DNA of 32,907 nt, from positions 1 to 32,907 of the forward strand of contig NIVC01004865.1 of the NCBI GenBank assembly GCA_002269645.1, read 5' to 3'. The notes under the pieces are model-generated. The model searched no databases and was not told the origin of the DNA. It was given only the letters and a program-made list of their open reading frames with translations. The translations under genes were made by a program, and so were the position numbers. This DNA comes from Macrostomum lignano (lineage: Eukaryota). This document shows positions 1 to 11,573 of the stretch, piece after piece (positions within the stretch are counted from its first letter, which is position 1; every line of letters begins with the position of its first letter).

Positions 1-200
1 GACCTACCTGACAGCTGACACACTAGACCCATGACCTACCTGACAGCTGACACACTAGACCCATGACCTACCTGACAGCTGACACACTAGACCCATGACC
101 CACCTGACAGCTGACACACTAGACCCATGACCTACCTGACAGCTGACACACTAGACCATGACCTACCTGACAGCTGACACACTAGACCATGACCTACCTG
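1..200. repeat. 32-bp minisatellite (GACCTACCTGACAGCTGACACACTAGACCCAT), ~6 copies, in the GLCE intron
   Basis: Direct tandem copies visible from base 1. Confidence 0.95.
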
Positions 201-244
201 AACCCTGACACACGAGTCCTCCCAACCTGCCACAACCTGCGCAG

Positions 245-873
245 GTGCTGCAGCCGGGCTGGTGCTCTGCCATGGGCCAGGGCCAGGCCATCTCCCTGCT
301 AGTCCGCGCTGCACCGTCACTGGCCAGACCGGAGCGACTACCTCGCAGCAGCTGTCCGCGGCTGGCGCCATTCCACCGCTACGCCGCTCGGACAGCACAG
401 CCGGAGTAGCGGCCCGCCTATTCAACCAGTTCACCTGGTACGAAGAGTACCCTGTACCTGGCGGCCTGTTTGTTCTCAACGGTTTTTGTCTATTCTCTGT
501 TCGGCCTGTACGACACTCGCAACTGCTGACTGACTTGACGGCCAAACAGAATGGCAGCAGCAGCAGCAGCAGTCAGCAGCTGATCGACGGTGCGTCACTG
601 CACTCTCACCTGGCCAATGTGTCCCGGCTCTACTCAACCGGCATGGAGTCGCTTAAGTCGTCATCGGCCTGTTTGATCACGGCGACCGGTACTTACTACG
701 ATTTGCGTCACGTGACCAATCCAACTGAGGAGCCGCGCCGGGCAGGTGGGATTATCACGGCGTTCACGTGACCAGCTGATGGCGCTCACTACACTGGAGC
801 CGGATCCCAGACTGCTGGCCGCGCTGGACAGATGGAGAAATATCTGAACGGCTATAGAGTGTCGCATAACTGA
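245..873 (+). CDS. GLCE: D-glucuronyl C5-epimerase (heparan sulfate epimerase), terminal exon; reading frame interrupted by multiple 1-bp indels (consensus error or pseudogene)
   Basis: After acceptor CAG (242-244), switching frames gives VLQPGWCSAMGQGQAISLLVRA..DYLAAAVR.LAPFHR..WYEEYPVPGGLFVLNGF..FGLYD..VSRLYSTGMESLK..LFD..YYDLRH..WDYHGVHV.QL..RWRKYLNGYRVSHN*, with TGA at 871-873. This is colinear with the GLCE C-terminus as I recall it (GWYSAMAQGQ, WYEEYP, FVLNGF, GLYDL, GMESLK, YDLRH, RWDYH, RW..YL.G.RAKHN). Upstream exons lie outside the window. Confidence 0.93.
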
Positions 874-995
874 CAGATGGAGCTGCTTGGGGGGGGGGGG
901 GGCTGTCTTGGCTTGTTGGCTTTTTTGCGTCTTCCACCTAGCATGCTGTATTGATTTGTACATATGTTCCTTTGCGTGAGTCTCAAACTAACTAG

Positions 996-2492
996 CTCCC
1001 AGATGTTAGTTGCTAGACCAGCCTCCCAGATGCTTAGTTGCTAGACCAGCCTCCCAGATGCTTAGTTGCTAGACCAGCCTCCCAGATGCTTAGTTGCTAG
1101 ACCAGCCTCCCAGATGCTTAGTTGCTAGACCAGCCTCCCAGATGCTTAGTTGCTAGACCAGCCTCCCAGATGCTTAGTTGCTAGACCAGCCTCCCAGATG
1201 CTTAGTTGCTAGACCAGCCTCCCAGATCCTCAGTTGCTAGACCAGCCTCCCAGATCCTCAGTTGCTAGACCAGCCTCCCAGATCCTCAGTTGCTGGGCCA
1301 GCATCCCAGATCCTCAGTTGCTGGGCCAGCCTCCCAGATCCTCAGTTGCTGGGCCAGCCTCCAGATCCTCAGTTGCTGGGCCAGCCTCCCAGATCCTCAG
1401 TTGCTACAGCCTCCCAGATGCTTAGTTGCCGGGCCAGCCTCCCAGATCCTCAGTTGCTGGGCCAGCCTCCCAGATCCTCAGTTGCTGGCCAGCCTCCCAG
1501 ATCCTCAGCTGCTGGGCCAGCCTCCCAGATCCTCAGTTGCTAGACCAGCCTCCCAGATGCTTAGTTGCCGGGCCAGCCTCCCAGATCCTCAGCTGCTGTG
1601 CCAGCATCCCAGATCCTCAGTTGCCGGGCCAGCCTCCCAGATCCTCAGTTGCCGGGCTAGCATCCCAGATCCCCAGTTGCTGGGCCAGCCTCCCAGATCC
1701 TCAGTTGCCGGGCCAGCCTCCCAGATCCTCAGCTGCTGTGCCAGCATCCCAGATCCTCAGTTGCTGGGCCAGCATCCCAGATCCTCCGTTGCCGGCCAGC
1801 CTCCCAGATCCTCAGTTGCTAGACCAGCCTCCCAGATCCTCAGTTGCTGGGCCAGCATCCCAGATCCTCAGTTGCTGGCCAGCCTCCAGATCCTCAGTTG
1901 CTGGGCCAGCCTCCCAGATCCTCAGTTGCTGGCCAGCCTCCCAGATCCTCAGTTGCTAGACCAGCCTCCCAGATGCTTAGTTGCCGGGCCAGCCTCCCAG
2001 ATCCTCAGTTGCTGGGCCAGCCTCCCAGATCCTCAGTTGCTGGGCCAGCCTCCCAGATCCTCAGCTGCTGGGCCAGCCTCCCAGATCCTCAGTTGCTAGA
2101 CCAGCCTCCCAGATGCTTAGTTGCCGGGCCAGCCTCCCAGATCCTCAGCTGCTGTGCCAGCATCCCAGATCCTCAGTTGCCGGGCCAGCCTCCCAGATCC
2201 TCAGTTGCTGGGCCAGCATCCCAGATCCCAGTTGCTGGGCCAGCCTCCCAGATCCTCAGTTGCCGGGCCAGCCTCCCAGATCCTCAGCTGCTGTGCCAGC
2301 ATCCCAGATCCTCAGTTGCTGGGCCAGCATCCCAGATCCTCAGTTGCCGGGCCAGCATCCCAGATCCCAGTTTCTGGGCCAGCCTCCCAGATCCTCAGTT
2401 GCCGGGCCAGCCTCCCAGTTCCTCAGCTGCTGTGCCAGCATCCCAGATCCTCAGTTGCTGGGCCAGCCTCCCAGATCCTCAGTTGCTGGGCC
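996..2492. repeat. 28-bp minisatellite array A (AGTTGCTGGGCCAGCCTCCCAGATCCTC; 5' subtype AGTTGCTAGACCAGCCTCCCAGATGCTT)
   Basis: About 53 tandem units; source of the overlapping pseudo-ORFs at 1234-2744. Confidence 0.97.
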
Positions 2493-3340
2493 ACAGCCAC
2501 CACTTCGAGATCGCTAACTTATGAGCTATTTACCGATGCGCTCAGTCAAGTAGTAAAATTTTACCTTTCATTACATCTGCGTGTTTATCGGTCTTTTAAA
2601 GACCATTTCATATCCTTTAATGATCCCAGATCTCCAGTTGTGTCTCGCATAGAAAATTTGGCAGAGTTAAATTTAATTCAAGTACTGAGCAGTATTCTAT
2701 TCATTCGCATGCTTGCGGCATTTGCCACTAATAATTTGTATTGATAAAATCGATATCTGCGAATTTCCGATGATTGCGTTATTTATGCGCTGATTATATC
2801 CCCACAACGAGTAGCATATCTGCGCGTATATAAAAGTATTGCGAATTGCGTCTCTCTCCAGTTTTGATTTTTATATTTGAAATGTACGCGATCGAGTGTT
2901 AATGTATGCCAATGTTTAATGCTGATTTGCATTATACAATCTCTGACTTGATTGCAGCGCTGAAATTGGTATTAAATAACTTCAGCGTCTTCTTCATATT
3001 TGCTATTATTACACTGTTATTACTATTATTATTAGTTCAATCAGCTGCTCTCCGGTCTCTTCTGCGTAGACAATGCGTTGTAGCTTTCTAGTGAAATTCA
3101 TCTGATCCCCTTTCATTAGACTGACGCATCATTTTGCTGAATATTTTATTTACTTTATTTGTACATATATACGAGCTCGGAGCGTCTATGTTAAATGCGA
3201 TCCTCTGCATGTATTGTCCGCTGGACTTTTGACGCACACATCGGCTGAGAATTATTTTAACTCTGCTCTTTTCTTTAATGCTCAAGTGGTGGGTTAGCTA
3301 AATAGCCATTGATCTTAGCTGCTAAATGCTGGGTTGCCGC

Positions 3341-4384
3341 CTTCCCAGATGTCCAGTTGCTGGGCCTCCTTCCCAGATCCCCAGTTGCTGGGCCTCCTTC
3401 CCAGATCCCCAGTTGCTGGGCCTCCTTCCCAGATCCTCAGTTGCTGGGCCTAGAGTGTCAGTTGCTGGGTCATCCTCCCAGATCCTCAGTTGCTGGGTCA
3501 TCCTCCCAGATCCTCAGTTGCTGGGTCATCCTCCCAGATCCTCAGTTGCTGGTCCAGTGTCTCAGATCCCCAGTTGCTGGGCCTCCTTCTCAGATCCCCA
3601 GTTGCTGGGCCTCCTTCCCAGATCCCCAGTTGCTGGGCCTCCTTCTCAGATCCCCAGTTGCTGGGCCTCCTTCCCAGATCCCCAGCTGCTGGGCCTCCTT
3701 CCCAGATCCTCAGTTACTGGGCCTCCTTCTCAGATCTCCAGTTGCTGGGCCTCCTTCTCAGATCCCCAGTTGCTGGGCCTCCTTCCCAGATCCCCAGTTA
3801 CTGGGCCTCCTTCTCAGATCCCCAGTTGCTGGGCCTCCTTCCCAGATCCCCAGTTGCTGGGCCTCCTTCCCAGATCCCCAGTTGCTGGGCCTCCTTCCCA
3901 GATCCTCAGTTGCTGGGTCATCCTCCCAGATCCTCAGTTGCTGGGTCATCCTCCCAGATCCTCAGTTGCTGGGTCATCCTCCCAGATCCTCAGTTGCTGG
4001 GTCATCCTCCCAGATCCTCAGTTGCTGGGTCATCCTCCCAGATCCTCAGTTGCTGATCCAGTGTCTCAGATCCTCAGTTACTGGGCCCTCCTTCTCAGAT
4101 ATCAGTTACTGGCCCTCCTTCTCAGATCCTCAGTTGCTGGGCCTAGAGTGTCAGTTGCTGGGCCATCCTCCCAGATCCTCAGTTGCTGGGCCTAGAGTGT
4201 CAGTTGCTGGGCCATCCTCCCAGATCCTCAGTTGCTGGGTCATCCTCCCAGATCCTCAGTTGCTGGGCCAGCCTCCCAGATCCTCAGTTGCTGGGCCATC
4301 CTCCCAGATCCTCAGTTGCTGGGTCATCCTCCCAGATCCTCAGTTGCTGGTGGTCCAGTGTCTCAGATCCCCAGTTGCTGGGCC
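3341..4384. repeat. 28-bp minisatellite array B (AGTTGCTGGGCCTCCTTCCCAGATCCCC / GGTCATCCTCCC subtype), related to array A
   Basis: About 37 tandem units, ending ~90 bp before the STX17 ATG. Confidence 0.97.
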
Positions 4385-4471
4385 GCTACGCCCTGTCTCC
4401 CGCCATCAACCGGTGCTCCCTCCACCGCCCGCCGGCTGTCCGACCCAGCCAGTCAGCAGCAGCCGGACCTG

Positions 4472-4789
4472 ATGAGTCTGGCCGTGCTGCGCCATTCGGC
4501 CAACCGGTTCGTCCGACTGGCCGAAGTTGACAGCGGCCGGCTGGCGCAGCACCGGGCTAACCTGGCTGAGCTGCGGCGGGTTCAAGCTGACGACTCCGCC
4601 GCCTCCAGCTGCGGGCAGCTCAACAGAGAGCTGGTCAACGCGAGCAGATGCGTCGGCCAGCTGAAGCTCCGGCTGCAGGAGCTGCGCCAGCTTCAGGAGC
4701 ACGTTCGGCCGTCTGATCGGTCCGCGTTCGATGCCATCGTTCGGCCAACGGTTGCCATGGTTACTGAGCAGATTCGCGATTTTACGCAG
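4472..4789 (+). CDS. STX17: Syntaxin-17, coding exon 1 (N-terminal Habc region); the true start may be slightly upstream
   Basis: ATG at 4472 gives MSLAVLRHSANRFVRLAEVDSGRLAQHRANL...ELVNASRCVGQLKLRLQEL...AFDAIVRPTV...DFTQ, then donor CAG|GTATCA at 4789/4790 in phase 0. It joins in frame to the 5232 exon. Confidence 0.8.
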
Positions 4790-4826
4790 GTATCAGCATT
4801 GCAGCCGGGCTGTGGGGGTGCTGAAC

Positions 4827-5070
4827 TGCAGGATTAAGGGGATCATGACCTTCAGGATTAAGGGGATCATGACCTGCAGGATTAAGGGGATGATGACCTG
4901 CAGGATTAAGAGGATCATGACCTGCAGGATGAAGGGGATGATGACCTTCAGGATTAAGGGATGATGACCTTCAGGATTAAGAGGGTGATGACTTTCAGGA
5001 TGAAGGGGATGATGACCTTCAGGATTAAGGGGATGATGACCAGGATTAGGGAATGTTGACCTTCAGAATT
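4827..5070. repeat. 25-bp minisatellite (CAGGATTAAGGGGATGATGACCTT-like) in the STX17 intron
   Basis: About 10 tandem units. Confidence 0.9.
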
Positions 5071-5231
5071 AGTTGAGATAAGCTTCAGGATCATCAGTGA
5101 TAAATTGAGGATTATGTTCCAATTAAACATGTTCTTCGAGTTTCTAGGTCACCTAGCTTAATGATGGTAAAGTCCACTATGAAATGATTAAAAGATGTCA
5201 TCTTCAGCATCTCTCCCTCCCCTCACGGCAG

Positions 5232-5891
5232 GCTTACATTGACGCCACCGTATGCCTGGACGCAGTGCTGACTGGCGAGGCAGCAACGGCTGCCAAGGCA
5301 ACAGCAGAGCCGCCTGCAAGCAGCGACTCCCCCGCCAGCAAGCCCCGCTCCACCGCCCAGATGGCCTCCTACGTGTTCGACGACTCCCCGGCCCTGCCGG
5401 ACTCCACCCCGGCCCTGGCGCTGGAGGCCGCCACAGAGAGTCTGGCCCGCGATCTCGCCGACCTGGAACAGTTGATGTCGCAACTGTCGGCAACCGTCGC
5501 CTCTCAGGCCGACGGCGTTGCCAGCGTCGAGTCCAGCATCGTCCAGGCCGAGGCCAATGCAGAGGACGGCGTTCGCTGGCTCCGACGAGCGGTGGGCTAC
5601 CGGGCCTACTACCTGCCAGTGGCCGGAGCCGCCACCGGCGCCCTGCTTGGCGGTCCCGTCGGTTTGCTGATCGGCTTGAAGGCCGGCGCCGCGGCCGGCC
5701 TGCTCGGCGGGGTGGCCGGCTACGCCAGCGGGCGCATCATCGGCGGCGGCGACGGTGGAGGTGGCGCTGAAGGCTCCGTTCGAGGGGAGAAGATCGAATT
5801 GCAGACCGTTGCTAAGGCTGACGATGCAGCGATGACGCCGGATGCTGTGGATGCTGTAGTTGATGCCGCTGAGCAGTCTAAGACCGATTGA
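5232..5891 (+). CDS. STX17: Syntaxin-17, terminal exon (Qa-SNARE motif and glycine-rich double transmembrane hairpin)
   Basis: Pyrimidine tract plus CAG acceptor (5229-5231). Encodes ESLARDLADLEQLMSQLSATVASQADGVASVESSIVQAEANAEDGVRWLRRA followed by LPVAGAATGALLGGPVGLLIGLKAGAAAGLLGGVAGYASGR, which matches the STX17-specific LPVAGALIGG..GGPIGLLAGFK hairpin. Stop TGA at 5889-5891. The joined CDS encodes 325 aa. Confidence 0.92.
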   Translation, partial: AYIDATVCLDAVLTGEAATAAKATAEPPASSDSPASKPRSTAQMASYVFDDSPALPDSTPALALEAATESLARDLADLEQLMSQLSATVASQADGVASVESSIVQAEANAEDGVRWLRRAVGYRAYYLPVAGAATGALLGGPVGLLIGLKAGAAAGLLGGVAGYASGRIIGGGDGGGGAEGSVRGEKIELQTVAKADDAAMTPDAVDAVVDAAEQSKTD

Positions 5892-6221
5892 CAATTCAAA
5901 TTTATCCAGCATTAAGGATTTGTTTTTAATGCGTAGAGACAGAAGCAAGCGGCCCTCCTTATATTTGTGTCAGTTTTTTTTCCATTTTTAATATCCTGTC
6001 GCTATTGTTATGCTGATTTTTATGGATCATTTTGCTTCCCTCCTTATTTGTCATTATTGGCGCTGGTCGGCTTGTTTATACGCCCAGTAGCTAAGATTAT
6101 ATTTCGCTATATATCGATAAGGTGAATAACGATCAGTAATGATCAGGTTCTTCATATCTAAACTGCTACTTACGCTCGTATGCTCAGTAGTTCAGTAGCA
6201 AAGTAACACTCGGGTAATTTT

Positions 6222-6803
6222 CTTATCCAAACTGCAAGTTTTACATACTTCACTACATATCGGTGGCTCAGTTTCGGAAGTAGGGATCGGGGTTCGGGGT
6301 TTCATTATCCAAACTGCAAGTTTTATATACTTCACTACATATCGGTGGCTCAGTTTCGGGAGTATGAATCGGGGTTTCATTATCTAAACTGTAAGTTTTA
6401 TATGTTTCACTACATATCGGTGGCTCAGTTTCGGAAGTATGAATCGGGGTTTCATTATCTAAACTGTAAGTTTTATATGTTTCACTACATATCGGTGGCT
6501 CAGTTTCGGAAGTATGAATCGGGGTTTCATTATCTAAACTGTAAGTTTTATATGTTTCACTACATATCGGTGGCTCAGTTTCGGAAGTAGGGATCGGGGT
6601 TCGGGGTTTCATTATCCAAACTGCAAGTTTTATATACTTCACTACATATCGGTGGCTCAGTTTCGGGAGTATGAATCGGGGTTTCATTATCTAAACTGTA
6701 AGTTTTATATGTTTCACTACATATCGGTAGCTCAGTGGAGAAGTAAATTTGGGGGTCTTATCTAAATTATATGCTACTTTATATACTTCGCTACATATCG
6801 GTA
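6222..6803. repeat. 75-bp tandem repeat (TATCTAAACTGTAAGTTTTATATGTTTCACTACATATCGGTGGCTCAGTTTCGGAAGTATGAATCGGGGTTTCAT), with longer variants
   Basis: About 7 copies; 25-aa periodicity in the ORF track. Confidence 0.93.
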
Positions 6804-7308
6804 GCCGAGCAGCGCTATAAGGTTCGACTATTCTTATCTGTATGTAGCGAAAGAAGGTATTCCTAACCCTTTGTTGTCGAAATATTACGGGCTAGGCCTC
6901 CATCTGATCTGTCTCAATCCTTCCCTGTCTTTCCCTCATTTTTGTCTCTAATAAGCATATTGTCAACACTCATTTAACCTTTGTAGATTGTATCTCACGC
7001 ATAAGATTGAGAAAAGCACCTTGTTTAATTATTTTTTCATGCCTGTTAACGCCATCGTGTCCTTAAACCTGCTAGAGTTATTCAACTGTTCAAGTTTATT
7101 TGACCAAATGGTACATAGTACAGCAATGCCTTTGGATACACTTTTGCTCTGTTTGTTTTTCTGCTTTTTTCAAGTTATTGTCTTTGTATAAAATTTTTGG
7201 ACCAGCAATTGTTCTTTATTTAAATCAGTCTCCAATGCCATTTTGTTTTATTCATTTCCGCTTTATGTTTTCCTTCTAGCTTCCAAATCAATGACGCATG
7301 TAGCGGCT

Positions 7309-7971
7309 AAATGATTGAATGAGTGACCCACCTATCAGATAAATGATTGAATGAGTGACCCATCTGTCAGATAAATGATTGAATCAGTGAACTCATCTAT
7401 CAGATAAATGATTGAATCAGTGACTCATCTGTCAGATAAATGATTGAATCAGTGACTAATCTGTCAGATAAATGATTGAATCAGTGACTCATCTGTCAGA
7501 TAAATGATTGAATCAGTGACTAATCTGTCAGATAAATGATTGAATCAGTGACTCATTTGTCAGATAAATGATTGAATCAGTGACTCATTTGTCAGATAAA
7601 TGATTGAATCAGTGACTCATTTGTCAGATAAATGAATGAATGAGTGACTCATTTGTCAGATAAATGAATGAATGAGTGACTCATTTGTCAGATAAATGAT
7701 TGAATGAGTGACTAATCTGTCAGATAAATGATTGAATCAGTGACTCATCTGTCAGATAAATGATTGAATGAGTGACTAATCTGTCAGATAAATGATTGAA
7801 TCAGTGACTCATTTGTCAGATAAATGATTGAATCAGTGACTCATTTGTCAGATAAATGATTGAATCAGTGACTCATTTGTCAGATAAATGAATGAATGAG
7901 TGACTCATCTGTCAGATAAATGATGGAATCAGTGACTCATCTGTCAGATAAATGATTGAATGAGTGACTCC
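7309..7971. repeat. 32-bp minisatellite (TAAATGATTGAATCAGTGACTCATCTGTCAGA)
   Basis: About 21 copies; most contain TGACTCA. Confidence 0.95.
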
Positions 7972-8430
7972 TCTAGCGGCTAGATGAGCGAGATTTTCTA
8001 TATTAACAATATATACGACATGTAATTTTTAACCTTCCACCTATTTTTATCGTTACTCCAGAAGTGCATTACATTAACAATACTATTAGTCTCTAAGGTT
8101 GTTATCATTTGTATACCCAAATGTGCTCGCTTAAATTCTTTTCCGGATGTATTTTTATTGTTTTCACCTGTTGGCTTACTGGTTTTGGCTAAATTATATT
8201 ACCTATCTGATTAGTCGCATGCTTGACGATTTTGCCCGTGCTCTCAGCATTTTGCGGTGCTTTGCGATTATTGAAAATAAATTTGGTTACAAATATTGGC
8301 AACCTATTACTAATAGTATACTGAGAATAAGTATTGCGCTGCTTCTCAACTGTGTAAAAATTTCTTTAAAATTCTAAACAAGTTAGGTAAACTTTTGTTT
8401 TACCTTCTTCTATAATTCATTCACCTTTGT

Positions 8431-10287
8431 GTGACCATTGCGGAGGGCAAAGACCCGATCTCCAGTGACCATTGCGGAGGGCAAAGACCCGATCTTCAGT
8501 GACCATTGCGGAGGGCAAAGACCCGATCTCCAGTGACCATTGCGGAGGGCAAAGACCCGATCTCCAGTGACCATTGCGGAGAGGCAAAGACCCGATCTCC
8601 AGTGACCATTGCGGAGAGGCAAAGACCCGATCTCCAGTGACCATTGCGGAGGGCAAAGACCCGATCTCCAGTGACCATTGCGGAGGGCAAAGACCCGATC
8701 TCCAGTGACTATTGCGGAGGGCAAAGACCCGATCTCCAGTGACCATTGCGGAGGGCAAAGACCCGATCTCCAGTGACCATTGCGGAGGGCAAAGACCCGA
8801 TCTCCAGTGACCATTGCGGAGGGCAAAGACCCGATCTCCAGTGACCATTGCGGAGGGAAAAGACCCGATCTCCAGTGACCATTGCGGAGGGCAAAGACCC
8901 GATCTCCAGTGACTATTGCGGAGGGCAAAGACCCGATCTCCAGTGACTATTGCGGAGGGCAAAGACCCGATCTCCAGTGACCATTGCGGAGGGCAAAGAC
9001 CCGATCTCCAGTGACTATTGCGGAGGGCAAAGACCCGATCTCCAGTGACCATTGCGGAGGGCAAAGACCCGATCTCCAGTGACCATTGCGGAGGGCAAAG
9101 ATCCGATCTCCAGTGACCATTGCGGAGGGCAAAGACCCGATCTCCAGTGACCATTGCGGAGGGCAAAGACCCGATCTTCAGTGACCATTGCGGAGGGCAA
9201 AGACCCGATCTCCAGTGACCATTGCGGAGGGCAAAGACCCGATCTCCAGTGACCATTGCGGAGGGAAAAGACCCGATCTCCAGTGACCATTGCGGAGGGC
9301 AAAGACCCGATCTCCAGTGACTATTGCGGAGGGCAAAGACCCGATCTCCAGTGACTATTGCGGAGGGCAAAGACCCGATCTCCAGTGACCATTGCGGAGG
9401 GCAAAGACCCGATCTCCAGTGACCATTGCGGAGGGCAAAGACCCGATCTCCAGTGACTATTGCGGAGGGCAAAGACCCGATCTCCAGTGACCATTGCGGA
9501 GGGCAAAGATCCGATCTCCAGTAACCATTGCGGAGGGCAAAGACCCGATCTCCAGTGACCATTGCGGAGGGCAAAGACCCGATCTTCAGTGACCATTGCG
9601 GAGGGCAAAGACCCGATCTCCAGTGACCATTGCGGAGGGCAAAGACCCGATCTCCAGTGACCATTGCGGAGGGAAAAGACCCGATCTCCAGTGACCATTG
9701 CGGAGGGCAAAGACCCGATCTCCAGTGACTATTGCGGAGGGCAAAGACCCGATCTCCAGTGACTATTGCGGAGGGCAAAGACCCGATCTCCAGTGACCAT
9801 TGCGGAGGGCAAAGACCCGATCTCCAGTGACCATTGCGGAGGGCAAAGACCCGATCTCCAGTGACTATTGCGGAGGGCAAAGACCCGATCTCCAGTGACC
9901 ATTGCGGAGGGCAAAGATCCGATCTCCAGTAACCATTGCGGAGGGCAAAGACCCGATCTCCAGTGACCATTGCGGAGGGCAAAGACCCGATCTCCAGTGA
10001 CCATTGCGGAGGGCAAAGACCCGATCTCCAGTGACCATTGCGGAGGGCAAAGACCCGATCTCCAGTGACCATTGCGGAGGGCAAAGACCCGATCTCCAGT
10101 GACCATTGCGGAGGGCAAAGACCCGATCTCCAGTGACCATTGCGGAGAGGCAAAGACCCGATCTCCAGTGACCATTGCGGAGGGCAAAGACCCGATCTCC
10201 AGTGACCATTGCGGAGGGCAAAGACCCGATCTCCAGTGACCATTGCGGAGGGCAAAGACCCGATCTCCAGTGACCATTGCGGAGGGG
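8431..10287. repeat. 34-bp minisatellite (GCAAAGACCCGATCTCCAGTGACCATTGCGGAGG), ~55 copies, with a 408-bp higher-order repeat
   Basis: Highly homogeneous tandem units with no spacers. Confidence 0.98.
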
Positions 10288-11022
10288 CAAATACCAGCCT
10301 TCCAGCAAACATTATTGAGGTCAATAAATCCTGCTGAGAATATTGGATTTTTAATAATTTTACGAGTACCTCGAATAAAAATTGTCTTATTGTCGAGCAG
10401 GCACTGTCGCGTAATCAGGGGTGTCAGGTGAGGACAGGTGAAGTCCCTAGAGGGGGGGACATCCGTGAGACATCGTGTGCGTTGTTTCCGCGCTCAGCAA
10501 GAACCCTCCCGACTTTGCACGCTTCAATTGGCCTTGAATTACTCTCTCTGTCTCTCTCTTGGAAATATGGTTGGGAAATGCGAGATTTTCCGGGGTACAG
10601 AGGATGGAGGGTCTCTCTCACGTCCCTGGGATATTATCATCCGAGCAATTCATGCTTAACTAAGGATTTATGACCGCCTAGCCTTTAGTCCCAGTTTTAT
10701 CCCAAGCAGGCCCTCCGTTGCAAAGATCGGTTGTGTGCGTTTTCAAAAACGAATGCGAGCTGAGCGAATAATGCTGCATATGCGTTCAAAGCTGCTGCTC
10801 CTAGAAGCGAGTTTATTTCTGTTGCAGTTTGCTGCATAGAATAATTTGATATGCAAGTCCAACTCGAGTTGCCCCAGAACGTTCACAGTGACAAAAGCTA
10901 CAAGTTGCAGTAGCTTGCAAAATATCTATTGAATTCGTGACTGAAATGAATACACGTCAGTTACATGTGCCGGTCCAGATTTTCTAGCTTTGGATTGCAC
11001 TACAAGCGCACGGAAGCGAACC

Positions 11023-11470
11023 AATGGGGTCGTGGCGCGATCAGAGTCAGGCGAGACTCATTATGTGTCTCGTAATACGGATCGCTAAGGGCAGGGCTGG
11101 TCTCGTTAGCTCACATGAAACGGAATAAGTCTTGCCTATATCAAACCAACGCATCTTCAGTATCTACTGGCCAAAGCTTTGACCATGGACGAATTGACGA
11201 ATGCGACCACGTTAATTTGGGGCTTGTAGGCGCGAAAATTGGTCATGGGGGTTGTCGTGGGATTCACATGAGAGCCAACCCCCCCTCCCCAAGGCACAGA
11301 GAGTGTACATGCCTGACGGGATAGGAAAGTCAGGGTCATGTACACCTGTGTGAGCGTGTGCATGAGTGCGTGTCTGCGTACAGTATTGGCACGCTTGTAT
11401 AAGCTCAGGAGTCTGCGGAACGGGCTGAATTGCCGTCAGCTCTGGTTTTGGGAATAATAATAATTACTAA
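11023..11470 (+). mobile_element. SINE-like element (copy 1), a diverged relative of 24745-25104
   Basis: Shares with copy 2: CAATGGGG(Y)CGTRGC at the 5' end, TTAATTTGGGGCT, GAGAGCCAACCCCC, GTGTACATGCCT..TGTACAC, GCTTGTAT, GCTCAGG..GAGTC.GCGGAA.GGGC. Ends in an (AAT)n-like tail. Confidence 0.62.
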
Positions 11471-11573
11471 TAATATTATTAATATACTACATACGCTATA
11501 CCAAACGGTTTCTTCCTAGCCAGCTAATTATTCAGTAATTTTACAAACGACAGACACTCGGCTCTGCAAGACG

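Noticed and set aside
1234-4530. Many overlapping 60-390 aa ORFs (PQLLGQPPRSSVAG...)
   Set aside because: They are translations of 28-bp arrays, open in several frames at once, with no domain or splice support.
5223-5948. Antisense ORFs over STX17 (and similar shadows over the hemicentin and GLCE exons)
   Set aside because: These are shadow frames of GC-rich coding exons.
8410-10324. 635-aa minus-strand ORF, and a possible CRISPR-like array
   Set aside because: The 34-bp units are contiguous with no unique spacers and no cas genes, the context is eukaryotic, and the ORF is a by-product of a stop-poor repeat.
10400-10700. Possible DNA-transposon end (CAGGGGTGTC...)
   Set aside because: I found no matching inverted terminus or target-site duplication.
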